NCBI GenBank assembly: GCA_965247115.1
Contig: CBDFGR010000003.1
Span: 1,760,001 to 1,824,000, forward strand
Direction: 5' to 3'
Source: Myxococcota bacterium
GTDB taxonomy: Bacteria; Myxococcota_A; UBA9160; SZUA-336
DNA: 64,000 bases
The translations under genes and the position numbers were made by a program. Position 1 is the first letter of the stretch. Each line of letters starts with the position of its first letter. The notes below the pieces were generated by a model. That model did not search any database, was not told the DNA's origin, and was given only the letters and a program-made list of their open reading frames with translations. Shown piece after piece: positions 22,169 through 31,573 of the stretch.

Positions 22169-23332
22169 CTAGCGCGCGTGCGCGCGCACGGCTTTCGCCA
22201 TGCGTTCGAGTGCCTCGGTGAGGAGGCTCTTCGACGTGGCGAAGTTCAGTCGGACGCAGCCTTCCCCGCCCTGACCGAAGCTCGCGCCCCGACTCAGCGC
22301 AACCCTGGCCTCCTCGAGGAAGAACTCATAGGGTTCGTGAGGGAGTCCGAGCTCGCGGCAGTCCAGCCACGCCAGATACGTTCCCTCGGGCCGGGAATAG
22401 CGAACCTCCGGAAGCTCCGCAGCAAGGAACTGCTCGAGCAGGTCGAGATTTCCCGAGACGTAATGAAGGACGTCGTCTAGCCAGGGCTGGCAGCGCGTCC
22501 ACGCCAGCTCTGCGGCAGATGTCCCGAGCGATCCCAGCCCGCCAAGGATATGCCTCGAAAGGGATCCGAAGCGCTCCTGCAGGTCGGCGCTGCCGAAGGC
22601 GGCCACCGAGCAGCGCAGCCCCGCGATGTTGAAGGCCTTGGTCGCCGAACTGAGCGTGACCGTGCGCGCCTCGACCTCCGGACCCAGCGTGGCAAGCGGA
22701 ACGTGCTGATGCGGAGCGAACACGAGATCCGCGTGGATCTCGTCACTGATGATGACGAGGTCCGCCTCGATCGCGAGCTCAGCCAGCTGCTCGAGCTCCT
22801 GGCGGCGGAACACGCGGCCGGTGGGATTCTGCGGGTTGCAGAACATGAGCGCCTCGGTGTCGGCATCGATACAGGCACGCAGGGCTTCGAAGTCGATCGT
22901 GTAGCCAGAGTCGTCTACCACGAGCTCGTTCGTGACCATTCGCCGATCGAGGTGGCTGACGCAGCTGAGAAAGGGCGGGTAGACCGGGGTTTGCACCACG
23001 GTGCCCGCACCTTCGGAGGTGAGCGTCGAGAGCGCGACGTACATGCCCTGGACGACGTCGGTGATCACTGCGACCCGCGTCGGGTCGAGCTCCCAGCCAA
23101 AGCGCTCCTTCACGCGCGTGGCGAAGATCGTGGGCAGCCCCTCGAGTCTGGGATGGCGCGGATAGCCCACGTCGGAGTTCTCGAGGGTTTCGCGCAAGAG
23201 CTCCCGGATCGGCTCGGCTACCGGAAAGTCCATGTCGGCAACCCAGAGGGGCAGCACGTCGTCGGGATAGTGCTGCCACTTCTCGCCTCGGGTCTTGCGC
23301 AGGCGCCGGATGTCGACGTCATCGAAGCTCAT
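22169..23332 (-). CDS. MalY/PatB family PLP-dependent C-S lyase
   Basis: LPLWVADMDF, CNPQNPTGRV, ISDEIHAD, SATKAFNIAG. Confidence 0.9.
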   Translation of the reverse strand: MSFDDVDIRRLRKTRGEKWQHYPDDVLPLWVADMDFPVAEPIRELLRETLENSDVGYPRHPRLEGLPTIFATRVKERFGWELDPTRVAVITDVVQGMYVALSTLTSEGAGTVVQTPVYPPFLSCVSHLDRRMVTNELVVDDSGYTIDFEALRACIDADTEALMFCNPQNPTGRVFRRQELEQLAELAIEADLVIISDEIHADLVFAPHQHVPLATLGPEVEARTVTLSSATKAFNIAGLRCSVAAFGSADLQERFGSLSRHILGGLGSLGTSAAELAWTRCQPWLDDVLHYVSGNLDLLEQFLAAELPEVRYSRPEGTYLAWLDCRELGLPHEPYEFFLEEARVALSRGASFGQGGEGCVRLNFATSKSLLTEALERMAKAVRAHAR

Positions 23333-23347
23333 CCGCGCATTGTAGCG

Positions 23348-26300
23348 CTATTGGAGGCGGACCCTCTCGCCGCTGCGAAGGTACAGGAGCTCGAGCGCGG
23401 GCGGAGCGGCGTTGGGGAAGGCGCCCGCGACCCCCCGAGCGTAGACCTCCAGCTGCGCTCGGTAGCGCTCGCGAGCGCCGGACTCCGGCTCCCGATCGGT
23501 CTTGTAGTCCGCCACGACCAGGCGCCCGTCAGGATCTCTGTAGAGCAGGTCGATGGTGCCGCTCCAGGCTGTGCCGTCCTGGTCCTTGAAAAGCAGCGGA
23601 AGCTCGCGTCCCACGACCTCGACGCTGGCAAGGTATGCCGGGAGCTCGCTCTCCAGGAGCGAGTTCAGGACCGCCAGGCTGTGCCGCTCGAGCTCGGCCG
23701 GCTCGCCCCCATCGTTGCGGCACACCCGTGTGACCGCGGCGCGTAGCAGGCGAAGGGCGACGGCGCGACTGCGAAAGTCCCAGCGCTCGAGCACCTCGTG
23801 CAGCACGGTTCCGATCTGTCGGCCGCGCGCGGCTCCGCCGACGCCGACGCCGACGGGCGCGCTCGGAACGTCGCTCCCGTCGGACCGCGCCGGGGTTCGC
23901 TCCCCCGCGCCCGCGGGATGGCGAAAGGCCGGCCTCGCCATGGCACGGGCGCGCGCGGCAATGCGCTGGGCTTTCCCCACCGACCGCGAGAGATCCGCGC
24001 GCCCCTTCCGGGTCGGCAGGCGCTGCGCCGCGGGCGACGTCTCCACGAGCCGGTGGCTCACCTCGGGGGCGCCAGGAAGAACGGCATCGTTCGCGAGTCC
24101 CTCGCTCGGGTAGCCCCACGCTGCAAGGTGCTGCACGGGTGCATCCGCCGCGACCCGCTGCCGCGGGCCATGGACCAGGATGAGCCGCTCCGAAGCGCGC
24201 GTACAGGCAACGTAGAACAGGCGCCGGTTCTCGGCACTCTCGTGCTGTGCTTCCAGAGCCTCGCGCACGATGGCGCCGGCGGACAGCGGCCCGGCGGTTC
24301 GCAGCGCAAGGCTCTTGTGCTCGCGGAGCCAGTGCACGCTCGTGGTCGCCTCGCCGCGCGGACCTCCCGCCGGACTGCGTGCGAGGTCGGGCAGGAACAC
24401 GATCGGGAACTCGAGGCCCTTCGCGCCGTGGATTGTCAGCAGCGTGAGCTCTTCGTCGCGGTCCACGGGCGGACCAAGCGCATGCTCGCTGTGCTCGAGC
24501 CAAGGCAGAATCGACGCAATGGTGTGTGCGGAGTCTCGGCGTGCGAGCTCGATCAACGGGTCGAGACGCGCGCGCAGGTTGGCGAGTCGCTGCGTCCCGT
24601 CGGACGCCGCGGCGTGCAGAGCGAGCAGACCAGTCTCCTCCGCCAGCTCGAACAGGAGCGAGTCGAGCGGGCGTTCCAGCGACGCGGTCTGCAGATTACG
24701 CAGAAGTGCGTACGTTCTGGCGATCGCCGGAAAGCGCGCCGGATCCGGCTCCGTTTCGAGATACGACCAGGTGGATCGCGCCCGCTGGGCGGTCGCGGCG
24801 AAGGCCGCCAGCTCGGCATCCCGGACGCCACCAAGGGCGGAGCGCAGCACGCCGAGCACTGCGGGCGCGTCGTCCGGATGCGCCAGAGCCCGCAGCAGCG
24901 CCAGCAGCTGCTGACCTTCGGGGCGGTCGAACAGGTCGCGCCCGGTCTCCAGCGCGTAGGGGATTCCGTGCTCGCGCAGTGCGCCCGTGTAGAGCGGCAC
25001 GCTCGCGAAGGCCCGGAACAGGATGGCGATCTCCGCGGCCGCGATCCGCTCGGCCCGCAGCTCCCGGGCGATCCAGCTCGCGATCGCAGCGGCCTCGTCG
25101 CGGCGCGCGCGGTCCGCGCTGCGCCCGACGTCTCTGCCCACCGTCCAGACCTCCACGCGCGGCTGTCCGTCGCAACTCAGGGGCGGGCGTGCGGAGTGAA
25201 GCCCATCGTAGCCTGAGTAGGCGGCTCCATCGGTTCCGGCGGGAGCATTCAGGAGGGGAGGAAAGAGTCGATCCAGCGGCTCCAGCAGCTCCGGCGGAGC
25301 GCGGAAGCTCCTCGTGAGCGTGAGGCGCTGGCCGCCGGAGCGCTCCACATGAGCCACCGCCATGTGGTACGAGGCCATGTCCGCGCCGCGAAAACGATAG
25401 ATCGCCTGCTTGGGATCCCCCACGATGAAGAGCTTGCCGGGTGCCAGTCGTGTTTCGAAGGCGCGGGCGGCGGGCGGCCCACTCGCGTCCTCGGCCAGGA
25501 AGAAGACGAGCTCGTACTGCAGCGGGTCGGTGTCCTGGAACTCGTCGACCAGCAGGAGCCGGAGGCCGCGCGAGATCCTTCGCCGTACGTCGGGGTAGTC
25601 GGCCAGCATGTTCCGTGTCAGCAGCAGGAGCGCGTTGAACGGGAGCAGGTTGCGCCGGCGCGACTCCGCGAAGACCTGCCGTGCGAACGGGCTCAGGAGA
25701 TCCAGGGCGCGCCCGCACAGCTCGTCATCCACGCGCTCGAGTCGGTCGAGCAGGCGGTGCGCGGCTCTGGCACAGCGCTCGGCCTCGGGGGCGTTCTTGG
25801 AGGTAGGGGGGGGCCCGTCGAGCAAGCCCCGGGACCCTCGCGCTGACTGGAAGCGGGCGCTCCGGAGCTCCACGCGAAACGCCTCGATTCCGCCCGACAG
25901 GAAGGCCTGCAGGACACGGTCGACGACGTGGAGGTAGCTCTCGGGACCCAGGGTCCCGTCACCGCGCACACCCGCATGCGTGGCCAGCTGCGCGCGAATC
26001 AGGGGCTCGAGCAAGGCGTGCGTCGGTGCCAGCTCGGTTCGACCCGCTGGCAGCTCGAAGCTCGCGAGCCGCCACCCGATCTCGCGCAGCTCGCCAAGGT
26101 CGATGCCGCGCAGCACGGCCCGCCAGGCGTCGCGGGGCTCTCCCTCCGGTCCATGACTCCCGCTGAGGAACTTCTCCCAGAGCTCTTCCTGCAGCGCGTC
26201 GAAGAGCGGACCGTCGTCGATCGCGAAGTCGGGGTCGACTCCGGACTCCGCCGGGAAGCGCCGGAGCAGCGCCGCGCAGTAGCCATGGATCGAGTCGATG

Positions 26301-26842
26301 CTGGCGCGCTCGATCTGTGCGAGCAGATGCTCGGCTCGCGAGAGCAGTGCCGTCCGCGAGATGCGCGTTGCAAGAGTCGCGTACACGCGGTCTGCGGTAC
26401 TTGCGAAACCCGCAGGTCTTGCGGGACCCGGCCCACGGGCGGCCGTGGGCCACCCGCCTACGCTCGCCTGCGGCTCGCTGCGCGCCGCGCCTGCGGCGCG
26501 GCTTGCGGGTGCCTGGTCGTGCAGTGGCTGGTCGTCGCTCGGGGTTTGGGATCTCGGGGGGCGCGGTGGGTTTGAGGGGATTGGGTCCGGGGGGTTGTCC
26601 GGGTGCGTTGCCAGATTCACCAGTCGTGCGAGGGCTGCTTCGAGGCGGGTGCGTAGCTCGGTGGCGGCTCGCTCTGTGAAGGTGATCGCGGTGATTTCGG
26701 TCATGTCGAGCTCTTGGTCGACGAGTTGGGTGAGGAGGCGCTCGATGAGCAGGCTCGTCTTGCCGGTGCCGGCTCCGGCGACGACGATGACGTTGCGATC
26801 GTAGCTCTGGACGGCGCTCTGCCGGGCTTCTGCGTCGCTCAT
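23348..26842 (-). CDS. addA: AddA-like UvrD helicase / PD-(D/E)XK nuclease
   Basis: AGAGTGKT, ITFTERAA, LVDEFQDT, VGDPKQAIYRFRGAD, TIHGAKGLEF, YVACTRA, C-terminal IDLL...DYKTD; ATG at 26842 overlaps the addB stop. Confidence 0.85.
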   Translation of the reverse strand: MSDAEARQSAVQSYDRNVIVVAGAGTGKTSLLIERLLTQLVDQELDMTEITAITFTERAATELRTRLEAALARLVNLATHPDNPPDPIPSNPPRPPRSQTPSDDQPLHDQAPASRAAGAARSEPQASVGGWPTAARGPGPARPAGFASTADRVYATLATRISRTALLSRAEHLLAQIERASIDSIHGYCAALLRRFPAESGVDPDFAIDDGPLFDALQEELWEKFLSGSHGPEGEPRDAWRAVLRGIDLGELREIGWRLASFELPAGRTELAPTHALLEPLIRAQLATHAGVRGDGTLGPESYLHVVDRVLQAFLSGGIEAFRVELRSARFQSARGSRGLLDGPPPTSKNAPEAERCARAAHRLLDRLERVDDELCGRALDLLSPFARQVFAESRRRNLLPFNALLLLTRNMLADYPDVRRRISRGLRLLLVDEFQDTDPLQYELVFFLAEDASGPPAARAFETRLAPGKLFIVGDPKQAIYRFRGADMASYHMAVAHVERSGGQRLTLTRSFRAPPELLEPLDRLFPPLLNAPAGTDGAAYSGYDGLHSARPPLSCDGQPRVEVWTVGRDVGRSADRARRDEAAAIASWIARELRAERIAAAEIAILFRAFASVPLYTGALREHGIPYALETGRDLFDRPEGQQLLALLRALAHPDDAPAVLGVLRSALGGVRDAELAAFAATAQRARSTWSYLETEPDPARFPAIARTYALLRNLQTASLERPLDSLLFELAEETGLLALHAAASDGTQRLANLRARLDPLIELARRDSAHTIASILPWLEHSEHALGPPVDRDEELTLLTIHGAKGLEFPIVFLPDLARSPAGGPRGEATTSVHWLREHKSLALRTAGPLSAGAIVREALEAQHESAENRRLFYVACTRASERLILVHGPRQRVAADAPVQHLAAWGYPSEGLANDAVLPGAPEVSHRLVETSPAAQRLPTRKGRADLSRSVGKAQRIAARARAMARPAFRHPAGAGERTPARSDGSDVPSAPVGVGVGGAARGRQIGTVLHEVLERWDFRSRAVALRLLRAAVTRVCRNDGGEPAELERHSLAVLNSLLESELPAYLASVEVVGRELPLLFKDQDGTAWSGTIDLLYRDPDGRLVVADYKTDREPESGARERYRAQLEVYARGVAGAFPNAAPPALELLYLRSGERVRLQ
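26418..26506 (+). repeat. Dispersed palindromic element inside addA coding frame
   Basis: CTTGCGGGACCCGGCCCACGGGCGGCCGTGGGCCACCCGCC...CTCGCTGCGCGCCGCG...GCTTGC. Confidence 0.85.
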
Positions 26843-29800
26843 GACGCCTCCCCGTTGAGCTCGAAGTAGGGTGCGAAGCTGGCGAATGCGGCGACCCGTT
26901 GCGCGCTCGAGGGGTGCGTGCGCCGACATGCGACCGCGTAGGCGCAGTAGCGGCACCCGTCGTGCTCGCGAAAAGGGAATTGGCTGTCGCGAAGCAGCTC
27001 GCTGAGCACGGCGAGAGGCCGGGCCGTGCTCGCCTCGATGGTTTCGAGGTCGAGCTGTCGCTCTCGCTCGCGTGCCCCACGGCGATCGCGTTCCGGTCTG
27101 AGCGGTACGGAGAGAACCTCTCCGTAAACGAACGGCGTGTCAAAGCTGCGAGCCGCCGCCAGCGCGTAGAGCGGCACCTGCAGCGCGGTCCCTCTCTCGA
27201 CGTTGCCGCGGCGCACGAACGCGTCGGGATCGCGACGGGTCTTGTAGTCACCAACTCGCAGCACTCCTGAGGGACTGCGCACCACGCGGTCCACGCGTCC
27301 GCCCACCTCGAACTTGCCCGCGGCGGCCACGAAGCGCAGCTCCTCTTCGGCGCGCAGGTCGCTCACACCCTCGGGGAGCAACAGCTCCAGGTCGCGCTCG
27401 ATGAAGTCCAGCGCGGCGGAGGTGAGCTGCCGCTGGAGCGCGGCCCACAGCTCCGGGTGGCGCCGCGCGAGGACGCGGCGCAGCTCAGGCGCGAGTGCGC
27501 TCATCGCATGCGGCAGCAGACCGCGCGCGCGCTCCAACGCGTCGTGTGCCGAGGTGCCCGGTCGCAGTGCTCCGGCCTCGAACAGCTCCTGGTAGAGGCG
27601 CGCGAGGAGCGCGTGCACCACGGTGCCCGCCTCCGCCGCTCCGAGCACGTTCGGCGCTGGCGCGTCGAGCTCGCCTACCCGAAGCAGGCGCTGAAAGAAG
27701 GCCTTGAGCGGGCAATTGCCGAGCGTCTCCAGAAAGCTCGGTGAGACGGTCTCCGGAACGGGCGGCGCATCGCTTCCGAGCACCCCGTCGTAGTCGAGCG
27801 GTCCGTCGAGCGAGTCGGTGGTGGCGATGTGTGCGAGCCCAGCAGAGAGGCGCTCGACCGAGTCCGGGAGGTAGGTGCGGGCCAGCGCGAGCGTATCGCT
27901 CTGCTCGTGCGGGTCAGAGGCGAGCGCGCTTGCGACCAGCGCCTCGCTGGCACTGAGCAGGCCCGCGTCCCTGGTCGGCCGTGCGTCGAGCTCCGACAGG
28001 TGCACGGGATGCTCGCCGGTGACTACCGGCAGATCTCGCAGAAACGCGGAGGCCGCCAGATCGCGCTCCCAGGCGTCGGCGCACGGCCTGGTGAGCGTCA
28101 GGCTCGCGCTCGCCTGCGACAGGAGCAGTCCGAGGAGGAAGCGCTCCTCCCGCTCGGCGAGCTCGGCTGCCGGCACGGGCCGACCCGTCGTGCGCCGCAC
28201 AACGAGCCGCAGCTCGTCCGAGAGGAAGGGATCCTCGCGGCGCTGGCGTGGCCAGTTCCGGTGATCAAGCCCGATCAAGAACAGGTGCGGCGTGGCGAGC
28301 GCCCGAGCCTGCAACGCATCGAGCACCCGGACCCCTCCGTTGTCCTCGCTGTGTGGCTGCCAGCTCGCCGATCGAAGCGCCTGCTCGACGCTGGCACGCA
28401 GCTCGTCAGCCGAAGGCCGCTGCTCGCTGTCTCCCGCGACCTGGTCGACGTCTGCGACCTGGTCGACGTCTGCGACCTGGTCGACGTCTGCGACCTGGTC
28501 GACGTCTGCGACCTGGTCGACGTCTGCGACCTGGTCGACGTCTGCGACCTGGTCGACGTCGTCCAGGAGTGCAACGCCTCGGATCGCGTCCCTCGCCAGC
28601 TCATCGGTGCTGGCGTGATCCCCCGCGCTCCCGAGTAGCCGGTCGCCGATTTGGAGTAGCCGAGTCGCACACTCGCGGAAGCTGCGAGCTTCGCGGAGCC
28701 GCCTGGCGGCGGCGTCGAGGTCTGCAAGACGCTCGCGTAGCGAGTCCAGCAGTCGCGGCTCGATGCGACGGGACTCCTGCGCCGCAAGGCGCTCGGCATC
28801 GGCGAGCGCGACCTGCCAGTCCTCTCCCTGCACCACGGCGGCGCGCCGGCAGAGCCAGCTGGCGAGCTGCGCGAGTGCCTGATCTGAAGCGTTGGCGAGG
28901 CGCGGCGAGCGCAGCAGGCGCAGGACGGCGCCGCGTTCCAGATCCCCGAAGAGTGCGTGGACGAGGTCGAGCCAGACCCGAACCGTCGGGAGGCGCAGCA
29001 CAGGCTGGGACAGCGACGAGGTGAAGGGGATCTCGTAGCGGCCGAACACGGGCTCGATCCAGGCCGCATAGGGCTCGAGCGAGCGGGCCACCACGTGGAT
29101 CTCCGCTGGTCTCGTCCCCGCGTCCAGCAGACACAGGATCTCACGCGCGACGCATTCCAGCTCCTGGCGGATACCGCGCGTCCGCAGCGAACGAAGTGCT
29201 CCCGACGGAGCGGCGAGCTCCCGCTCGACGAGCGGCTCTGCAACCACTCTGGCTGGCTCCGGGATGAAGCCCCAGGGCCAGCTCTCCCGCAGCTCGCGTG
29301 CGAAGTCTCCCCCCCAGTCAGGCTGGATCATCCGCAGCGGCAGGACTGCCGCGAGAGCCTCGACCAGGTCGCCGGCAGACCCGACGAGCTCGGTCGCTCC
29401 GTGAAGCTCCGCGCGCTCGAAGCCCATGCGTTCGGTCCAGCCACGCGTCCCGTCTGCCGCCAGGCGGAACAGGCCCACACGTTCGTACATGCCGCGCTCC
29501 GCCAGCCTCTGCAGCGCGCGCTCGTAGGCGGCCAGGACCTGGCGTAGCTCCATTGCCCGCTCCGGGAGGGCGCCGGGAGAGACGCCGGCGTCCCGCAGAT
29601 CCCGGAGCGTTTGCGCGAGCGTTTTCGCCAAGCTCGGTCGCTGGTTGATCAGCGCGGCGAGGCGCGGGCTCGCGCTGACGCAGCGCTGCACCACGCGCGT
29701 GAGGGCCGCTTCGTCGAGCCAGCCGGAGATGGTGACCTCCGTCTCCGCCGCGCAGGCCTCTGCGAGGCCGCGCAGTGTCAGGAAACTGCGACCGAGCACG

Positions 29801-29910
29801 GCACCCCCGCTCCCTTCGCGGAGTGCGTGTACGCGTCGCTCCCCCAGCACGCGCGCTGAGGCGCAGACCTCGAGGATTCGCGGTACCGAGAGTCGCTCGC
29901 TCTCTTTCAA
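26839..29910 (-). CDS. addB: AddB-like PD-(D/E)XK nuclease with Fe-S cysteines
   Basis: SPSFLETLGNCP, GRVDRV, GDYKT, LQVPLYA, CRYCAYAVAC; likely TTG start overlapping the upstream TGA. Confidence 0.78.
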   Translation of the reverse strand: MKESERLSVPRILEVCASARVLGERRVHALREGSGGAVLGRSFLTLRGLAEACAAETEVTISGWLDEAALTRVVQRCVSASPRLAALINQRPSLAKTLAQTLRDLRDAGVSPGALPERAMELRQVLAAYERALQRLAERGMYERVGLFRLAADGTRGWTERMGFERAELHGATELVGSAGDLVEALAAVLPLRMIQPDWGGDFARELRESWPWGFIPEPARVVAEPLVERELAAPSGALRSLRTRGIRQELECVAREILCLLDAGTRPAEIHVVARSLEPYAAWIEPVFGRYEIPFTSSLSQPVLRLPTVRVWLDLVHALFGDLERGAVLRLLRSPRLANASDQALAQLASWLCRRAAVVQGEDWQVALADAERLAAQESRRIEPRLLDSLRERLADLDAAARRLREARSFRECATRLLQIGDRLLGSAGDHASTDELARDAIRGVALLDDVDQVADVDQVADVDQVADVDQVADVDQVADVDQVADVDQVAGDSEQRPSADELRASVEQALRSASWQPHSEDNGGVRVLDALQARALATPHLFLIGLDHRNWPRQRREDPFLSDELRLVVRRTTGRPVPAAELAEREERFLLGLLLSQASASLTLTRPCADAWERDLAASAFLRDLPVVTGEHPVHLSELDARPTRDAGLLSASEALVASALASDPHEQSDTLALARTYLPDSVERLSAGLAHIATTDSLDGPLDYDGVLGSDAPPVPETVSPSFLETLGNCPLKAFFQRLLRVGELDAPAPNVLGAAEAGTVVHALLARLYQELFEAGALRPGTSAHDALERARGLLPHAMSALAPELRRVLARRHPELWAALQRQLTSAALDFIERDLELLLPEGVSDLRAEEELRFVAAAGKFEVGGRVDRVVRSPSGVLRVGDYKTRRDPDAFVRRGNVERGTALQVPLYALAAARSFDTPFVYGEVLSVPLRPERDRRGARERERQLDLETIEASTARPLAVLSELLRDSQFPFREHDGCRYCAYAVACRRTHPSSAQRVAAFASFAPYFELNGEAS
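28436..28560. repeat. Perfect 18-bp coding tandem repeat, about 7 units
   Basis: GCGACCTGGTCGACGTCT x6 plus 17 nt; encodes (DVDQVA)7 in AddB. Confidence 0.97.
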
Positions 29911-31052
29911 CGAAGCTCGCGAAAGAAGTCCCGGATCTCCCCGATCAGCACGTCTGGCTCTTCGAGTGCTGCGAAGTGCCCCCCGGACTTCAAGCGTGCC
30001 CAGCGTCGGATGTTGTAGCGTCGCTCCGCCCAAGCGCGCGGCGGCTTCGCCATCTCGCCGGGAAAGAGGGCAACGCCGGTCGGCACCTCGACCCGCTCCT
30101 GCCCGGCGCCGAAGCCCCCTGTGTGCATGGTCTCGTAGTAGAGTCGCGTACTCGACGTGATCGACTGCGTGATCCAGTAGATCATGATGTTGGTCAGGAG
30201 CTCATCCTTGGTGAAGCGGCTCTCTACGTCTCCGCCACAATCGCTCCAGGTGCGGAACTTCTCCACGATCCATGCTGCCAGGCCCACGGGGGAGTCGTTC
30301 AGCCCGTAGCCCAGCGTCTGGGGCTTCGTGCCCTGGATCCGCTGGTAGCCCGTCTCCTGGTTGCGGAACTCAGCGGTGCGGGCCAGGTCCTCCAGCTCGT
30401 CGGGAGCGAGCCCCGCGGTCGGGTCCGCCTCTCCTTTGGGTCGTCCGGCAACCACCATGTTGAGATGGATACCCCGGACGTGCTCCGAGTCGAGCAGCCC
30501 GAGCCAGGTGGAGACGATTGCCCCCCAGTCCCCTCCTTGCGCCCCGTACGCCTTGTACCCAAGGGCCTGCATGAGCCTGGCCAGCGTCTCGGCGACCGCG
30601 CGCGCGTCGAAGCCGGGTCTGCTCGGTGCGCTCGAGAAGCCGTAGCCTGGCATCGAGGGACACACCACGTGGAAGGCGTCCTCGGCGCGCCCGCCGTGCG
30701 CTACGGGATCGGTGAGGGGGCCGAGGATCTTGTAGAACTCGAAGACCGAGCCTGGCCAGCCGTGCGTGATGACCAGCGGGAGCGCGTCGGGCTCGCTCGA
30801 CCTGGCGTGTACGAAGTGGAGGTCGAGGTCAGCGAGCTTCGTCTTGTACTGGGCGTAGCGGTTCAGGATTTTCTCCTGCTCTCGCCAGTCGAACTCGTGC
30901 TGCCAGTAGTCGACCAGCTCGCGCAAGTAGCCGAGCTCGGTTCCGTACTCCCAGCCCGCGCCTTCGAGTTGATCGGGAAAGCGCGTGTTCGCGAGCCTGA
31001 GCTGCAGGTCTTCTAGCAGAGAGTCCGGAACGTGGACCACGAACTTCTCCAT
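29907..31052 (-). CDS. Epoxide hydrolase (alpha/beta hydrolase, EHN domain)
   Basis: FDWREQE, THGWPGS, AQGGDWG, SPVGLAAWIVEKF, GGHFAALE. Confidence 0.93.
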   Translation of the reverse strand: MEKFVVHVPDSLLEDLQLRLANTRFPDQLEGAGWEYGTELGYLRELVDYWQHEFDWREQEKILNRYAQYKTKLADLDLHFVHARSSEPDALPLVITHGWPGSVFEFYKILGPLTDPVAHGGRAEDAFHVVCPSMPGYGFSSAPSRPGFDARAVAETLARLMQALGYKAYGAQGGDWGAIVSTWLGLLDSEHVRGIHLNMVVAGRPKGEADPTAGLAPDELEDLARTAEFRNQETGYQRIQGTKPQTLGYGLNDSPVGLAAWIVEKFRTWSDCGGDVESRFTKDELLTNIMIYWITQSITSSTRLYYETMHTGGFGAGQERVEVPTGVALFPGEMAKPPRAWAERRYNIRRWARLKSGGHFAALEEPDVLIGEIRDFFRELR

Positions 31053-31231
31053 TGGGTGCCTCCACCTCGGCAGCAGCGACGCTCTCCCGGTTGCCCGAGA
31101 AGGCGTCGCCGAGCGCCGGTCTCCCCACGAGACGCTCTATGAGAACACCCGCCCTGGCGTCTCGCAAGTCATCACTTCACAGCGTCGAAAAACGGTTGAC
31201 TCCGACGGACGCTGGGCGTAGGTAGTATGTA

Positions 31232-31562
31232 TCGGTCGGTCGAGACCGAGGGTACGGAGGAGTGAGGTACTCGCCCCGTCGGCTCGATCAGTCCTCGGAC
31301 AAATGACCGACCGAGATGTCGAGGGGGCGGGTGTGCGGGTGCTCCGGTGACCCACCGGGGGCGTCAAACATAGCCGGGAGGGCAGAAGGCGCTCTCCGAC
31401 TCGAGCGACACGACGAGGTGTGTCGCCACCACGGTGCCGCGACGACACGAGTCGGTGTTCTTCTGCCGCAGTCAGTGCCCTACAAGACCTGTCTGGCTTC
31501 CGCGCAGAAGTGGTTCCGTGGCTGAGCGTCACCGTCACCCGCAGCCTCCAACTCTCTTCTCG
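31232..31562 (+). ncRNA. Candidate structured non-coding RNA (two hairpin domains; second is rod-like, possibly 6S-like)
   Basis: Complementary pairs 31232-41/31305-14, 31246-51/31293-98, 31334-41/31536-43, 31345-51/31528-34, 31381-88/31460-67, 31396-403/31448-55; TTGACT at 31196; no convincing ORF. Confidence 0.5.
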
Positions 31563-31573
31563 CGCGACCGGTC

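Noticed and set aside
28436..28560. Possible CRISPR array
   Set aside because: Head-to-tail 18-bp units with no spacers, inside a CDS, and no cas genes in the window.
23348..29910. Helicase-nuclease pair as an anti-phage defence system
   Set aside because: Order and motifs match housekeeping addB-addA, and there is no defence-island context.
31480..31500. AAGACCTGTC resembling the 3' end of a cobalamin riboswitch
   Set aside because: Other B12-box elements (AGGGAA, GCCACTG, GGGAAG) are absent and there is no co-oriented downstream gene.
31316..31525. 69-aa ORF in the structured gap
   Set aside because: No recognisable motifs or RBS; the region is better explained by RNA base pairing.
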